Part shown: positions 60,484-64,000 of the stretch, piece after piece
How the letters are laid out: each line of letters begins with the position of its first letter
How positions within the stretch are numbered: position 1 is the first letter of the stretch
Assembly: GCA_030625885.1 (NCBI GenBank)
Contig: DAOUPZ010000011.1
Coordinates: forward strand, 27,353-91,352
Direction of reading: 5' to 3'
DNA: 64,000 nt
Source: Clostridia bacterium
GTDB taxonomy: Bacteria; Bacillota; DAOUPZ01
Notes under the pieces: model-generated
Told to the model about the DNA's origin: nothing
Databases searched by the model: none
Seen by the model: only the letters and a program-made list of their open reading frames with translations
Made by a program: the position numbers and the translations under genes

Positions 60484-60608
60484 CGCAATAAAAAACTTAC
60501 ATGACAGGTTTGCAGGAAAGGCGAAGGAAAGATGGGGACATTCCGCGAGGTACGAGTGGTGTGTCCCCATGTTGCCAGAGCCATTCTAAATGTAAAACTT
60601 TAATGCGA
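60484..60608. repeat. Repeat family A, copy 3
   Basis: CGCAATAAAAAACTTACAT...GATGGGGACATTCCGCGAGGTACGAGTGGTGTGTCCCCATGTTGCCAGAGCCATT...TTTAATGCG. Confidence 0.85.
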
Positions 60609-60643
60609 TTTATTAAAATTAAAGAATAGAGTAACTTTTTTAT

Positions 60644-60675
60644 AAAAGACACATCCAATATTGGATGTGTCTTTT
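60644..60675 (+). terminator. Intrinsic terminator ending the gcv-fhs operon
   Basis: aaaagacacatccaa-ta-ttggatgtgtctttt. Confidence 0.75.
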
Positions 60676-60686
60676 AATGTTTTAAA

Positions 60687-60830
60687 TTCCTTATCTCTAG
60701 TCTTTTATCTTTCAGCGAACGCAGTGAGCGATCTTTCCACTATCTTTTAATCCTTAATCTTTTCCTACCTGCTAACTCCTACCTGCTATCTTTTAACTGT
60801 CAACTGAAAAAACGGCGTTAGCCGTTTTTC
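60687..60830. repeat. Hybrid family C/B repeat
   Basis: TTCCTTATCTCTAGTCTTT and TTCAGCGAACGCAGTGAGCGATCTTTCCACT match 4159-4220; also CTACCTGCT units and the AAAAACGGCG hairpin. Confidence 0.75.
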
Positions 60831-60895
60831 CCATAATGTGTTACAATCAATATGGATTCAGCGACGTGATTGATACTAAAAGGATGGTGCAAAGG

Positions 60896-61768
60896 ATGAA
60901 AAAGAGAGAAAAAGTAATTGCTTTAGTCATACTTATTTTATTATTGACAAATATGATGGTATACAGTCAGGTTAAACATCTAAAGCAAGACCTTAATCAA
61001 GTCCATCAGTTAATCAGTAATGTGGAAAATAGATTTAACAGTATTGATAATCATATTAATCGTACACTGAATAATATTGAAAGAGAGCATCAATGGATTA
61101 TCGATAAAGACTATAAGATTATCAATCAAAATGATGCCTATAAGCATGCCAAAGTTTCAATGACATGGATGCTGAGGGAATTAGAAAAAGGTTCACAAGT
61201 TTCTGTTTTATATGGTGTGGAGGATCAAGAAACTCGTGAAGTTGAAACGTGGGATAAAGTTGAAGCGATTGAGAAAGACGGCTTGAATTATGGGGTCAAC
61301 CTTGATTTATCTTATACTAACAATTATGTTTTGCAGGTTGTTGCAGAAAATAACCATGGGGTAAAAAGTGAAAAATTACAAGAAATAGACTTATATGACC
61401 GATTAATCGAGCGGATAGAGATTGATGCTGATTTTAGAAGCATGAGCTCCGATAAGGCTGAATATAGAGTGGACATTAGTAACTTTTATCGTGGAGAAGA
61501 GCAATTGAAAATAAACTCAGCAAAGGCGAATATTTATTTAGGCAATCAATTACTGGAAGCCGTTAATTTAAATGATGAAGCGGAAAAAGATCAAATGGCG
61601 GCGGGCGATGTTGAATTTTGGACATACAGCGGTACCGTTGCTTTAAAGGATGTTTTGCAAGATAAAGAGGTCTATGATCTCGAAGAGATTCACAGACAGT
61701 TAAAGATAAAAGTAACGCTAAAGGATCATTTGGGGATGGAATATAAGGGTGAGTCGAGAGAGTGGTAA
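60896..61768 (+). CDS. Membrane-anchored hypothetical protein with N-terminal coiled coil
   Basis: MKKREK, TM helix, heptad region; ATG 60896. Confidence 0.7.
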   Translation: MKKREKVIALVILILLLTNMMVYSQVKHLKQDLNQVHQLISNVENRFNSIDNHINRTLNNIEREHQWIIDKDYKIINQNDAYKHAKVSMTWMLRELEKGSQVSVLYGVEDQETREVETWDKVEAIEKDGLNYGVNLDLSYTNNYVLQVVAENNHGVKSEKLQEIDLYDRLIERIEIDADFRSMSSDKAEYRVDISNFYRGEEQLKINSAKANIYLGNQLLEAVNLNDEAEKDQMAAGDVEFWTYSGTVALKDVLQDKEVYDLEEIHRQLKIKVTLKDHLGMEYKGESREW

Positions 61769-61793
61769 TATTTTAATATGAAAGTTTGTGTTC

Positions 61794-61937
61794 GGGCATG
61801 GTTATGCCTCCAGCCACCTTCTAAGCTAAAGAAACTTGTGCAATATAGAAATGTAATATTCGTGAAGTAGGGTAATTGATATTTAATAATGATGAGGCCA
61901 TCGACGCGATAAGCTGTCTTCCGGCATAACCATGCCC
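61794..61937. mobile_element. MITE-like element E, empty form (15-bp TIR)
   Basis: GGGCATGGTTATGCC / GGCATAACCATGCCC; homologous to 51929-52202 minus the nested insert. Confidence 0.8.
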
Positions 61938-62047
61938 TGCACGAATATATTTTCAATGCAGGCACAAATAGTCATTTCTTGTATTACTACTCTTGTAAAG
62001 ATATTTGTTAAATAAAGTAAAACCATAGAGTAAAGGAAGGAACGCAA

Positions 62048-63964
62048 ATGAATTTATTATCCATTGAAAATATGAGTAAAAGTTATGGCGATAAAACGTT
62101 ATTTGAGGATATATCGTTTGGTATCGATGAAGGTGAAAAAATAGGGTTAATTGGTGTCAATGGCACCGGTAAATCCACTTTTTTGAAGATACTGGTGGGG
62201 AGTGAAATTTCAGATCAGGGAGAAGTGATTACGAAAAACGATCTGAGGATTGAATATTTACCGCAAAATCCATCCTTTGATGATGAAGCAACGGTATTGG
62301 AACAGGTTTTCAGAGGTAGTTCTCCTGTGATGAAAGTCGTACGGGAATATGAGTATACATTAGAAAAATTAACTGCGCAATCCGGTGACCCTGTTTTGCA
62401 AAAGAAGTTAATCGAATTAAATCAAAGAATGGATGACCATGAGGCTTGGCAATTGGAAAGCGAAGCGAAAATGATTTTGACAACATTAGGCATTCATCAT
62501 TTCGATGCCAGGGTAGGAACGCTTTCAGGGGGGCAGAGAAAGCGGGTGGCTTTAGCCAGTGCCTTGATTCAACCTGCCGATTTATTGGTTTTAGACGAGC
62601 CGACCAACCATATTGATAACGAAACGATCGTTTGGCTGGAAGGTTATTTAAATAAGCGTAAGGGCGCTTTGCTGATGATTACGCATGATCGATATTTCCT
62701 GGATCGAATTGTGAATCGGATCATCGAATTAGATCAGGGACAGCTTTATCGGTATATTGGGAATTACAGTGCTTTTTTGGAAAAGAAGGCGGAGCGAGAG
62801 GAACAACAGCGATCATCGGAACAAAAACGAGTGAATATTTTACGGCGGGAATTGGCCTGGATTAGAAGAGGGGCTAAAGCTCGATCGACCAAGCAAAAAG
62901 CAAGAATTGAACGCTTTGAACAATTGAAGGAAGAAAAGAAATTTGTTCCGGAGGAGCACCTGGCCATATCTGTGGGGACGAGACGTTTAGGGAAAAAAGT
63001 CATTGAACTCGAGCACATTTCAAAACGTTTTGGTGAAAAGCAGTGTCTTGATGATTTTAGCTATATTGTTTTAAAAGACGATCGTATTGGCATTGTCGGT
63101 CCTAATGGCATGGGGAAAACAACCCTCCTGAATATCATTGCGGATAAGCTATCAGCGGATCAGGGCACGATTGAAAAGGGACAAACCGTAAAAATCGGGT
63201 ACTTTTCTCAAGAAAATCAAGCAATGGATGAAAACATGCGGGTGATTAATTATATTAAAGAAGAGGCGGAATATATTTCGACAGCAGACGGCAGCCTGAT
63301 TAGTGCCTCACAAATGTTGGAGCGATTTTTGTTTTCTGCTGATTTGCAATGGACATTTATTGGGAAACTTTCGGGAGGAGAAAAAAGAAGGTTGTATTTG
63401 TTACGGGTGTTAATGAGTACCCCCAATGTCTTGCTCTTAGATGAGCCGACCAATGATTTGGATATTCAAACATTAACGATTTTGGAAGAATATTTAGAGG
63501 AATTTTTGGGAGCAGTGATGGTTGTTTCTCATGACCGTTATTTTCTTGATAAAGTAACTGAAAAAATATTTGCTTTCGAAGAAAATGGTAAGATTGCTGA
63601 GTATACGGGAAATTATGCCGATTATCAAGAGATGATTAAAAGACAAATTGACACTACTAAAAATAGCAAAGTCAAAGAGAATGAAAGCTCCAAAAAACAA
63701 GGGGAGAACAGGAAAGATCGTCCGCTAAAATTTACTTTTAAGGAGCAAAGAGAATATGAGCAGATTGATGATCAGATTGCCGGTGTTGAGGCCAAATTAG
63801 AGGTGGTCAATGAGAAAATCAATCAATCGGGCAGTGATTTTGAACGGCTGCAGGAATTAATGGATCAACAGCAAGGACTTGAGGTGGAATTAGAAGGATT
63901 ATTAGAACGCTGGACGTATTTAAATGAGCTGGCGGAAAAAATTGCTGAGAATCATAAAAAATAG
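62048..63964 (+). CDS. ABC-F family ATPase (Uup/YfmR-like)
   Basis: Two NBDs (GVNGTGKST, LSGGQ; GPNGMGKTT, LSGGE), no TM, C-terminal coiled coil ending ERWTYL. Confidence 0.93.
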   Translation: MNLLSIENMSKSYGDKTLFEDISFGIDEGEKIGLIGVNGTGKSTFLKILVGSEISDQGEVITKNDLRIEYLPQNPSFDDEATVLEQVFRGSSPVMKVVREYEYTLEKLTAQSGDPVLQKKLIELNQRMDDHEAWQLESEAKMILTTLGIHHFDARVGTLSGGQRKRVALASALIQPADLLVLDEPTNHIDNETIVWLEGYLNKRKGALLMITHDRYFLDRIVNRIIELDQGQLYRYIGNYSAFLEKKAEREEQQRSSEQKRVNILRRELAWIRRGAKARSTKQKARIERFEQLKEEKKFVPEEHLAISVGTRRLGKKVIELEHISKRFGEKQCLDDFSYIVLKDDRIGIVGPNGMGKTTLLNIIADKLSADQGTIEKGQTVKIGYFSQENQAMDENMRVINYIKEEAEYISTADGSLISASQMLERFLFSADLQWTFIGKLSGGEKRRLYLLRVLMSTPNVLLLDEPTNDLDIQTLTILEEYLEEFLGAVMVVSHDRYFLDKVTEKIFAFEENGKIAEYTGNYADYQEMIKRQIDTTKNSKVKENESSKKQGENRKDRPLKFTFKEQREYEQIDDQIAGVEAKLEVVNEKINQSGSDFERLQELMDQQQGLEVELEGLLERWTYLNELAEKIAENHKK

Positions 63965-64000
63965 GAGATGGTAGGTGTTATAGCCTGAATGGTTGTGGGA

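Noticed and set aside
1-64000. Genome-wide UGA recoding (genetic code 4 or 25) as the explanation for the in-frame TGAs
   Set aside because: TGA is a normal stop for several genes here (2429, 12471, 26610, 31101, 45848, 56945) and long genes have no internal TGA

Overview
A low-GC chromosomal segment from a spore-forming, anaerobic Firmicute (Clostridia-like). The first half is the conserved hemZ-hisS-aspS-6S RNA-rarA-(iscS/iscU/rrf2/mnmA)-alaS-ireB-ruvX-mltG-trmR-trhP-PBP-sigK backbone. The second half holds signalling genes, a gerK germination operon, fbp and lplA, then a glycine-riboswitch-controlled folD-gcvT-gcvH-gcvPA-gcvPB-fhs operon. The best lead is two ORFs that the ORF track truncates because each has an in-frame TGA at a Cys-motif position followed by a SECIS-like hairpin. 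(1) A 98-aa protein with a C-E-T-U (CxxU) motif that I cannot assign to a family (60174-60470); it ends a glycine cleavage/synthase operon that has no dihydrolipoamide dehydrogenase gene in this window. (2) An RseC/MucC-family membrane protein with U-x2-C-x2-C (10690-11136). Also notable: a tandem iscS-iscU duplication whose second copy runs into fdhD, a PAS/degenerate HD-GYP/MarR fusion, an orphan MeaB-like GTPase, and many non-coding repeats (MITE-like elements, one nested in another, a ~125-bp palindromic family, heptamer-arm elements). No rRNA, tRNA, CRISPR array or transposase was seen. All calls come from reading the sequence by eye; no database search was run.
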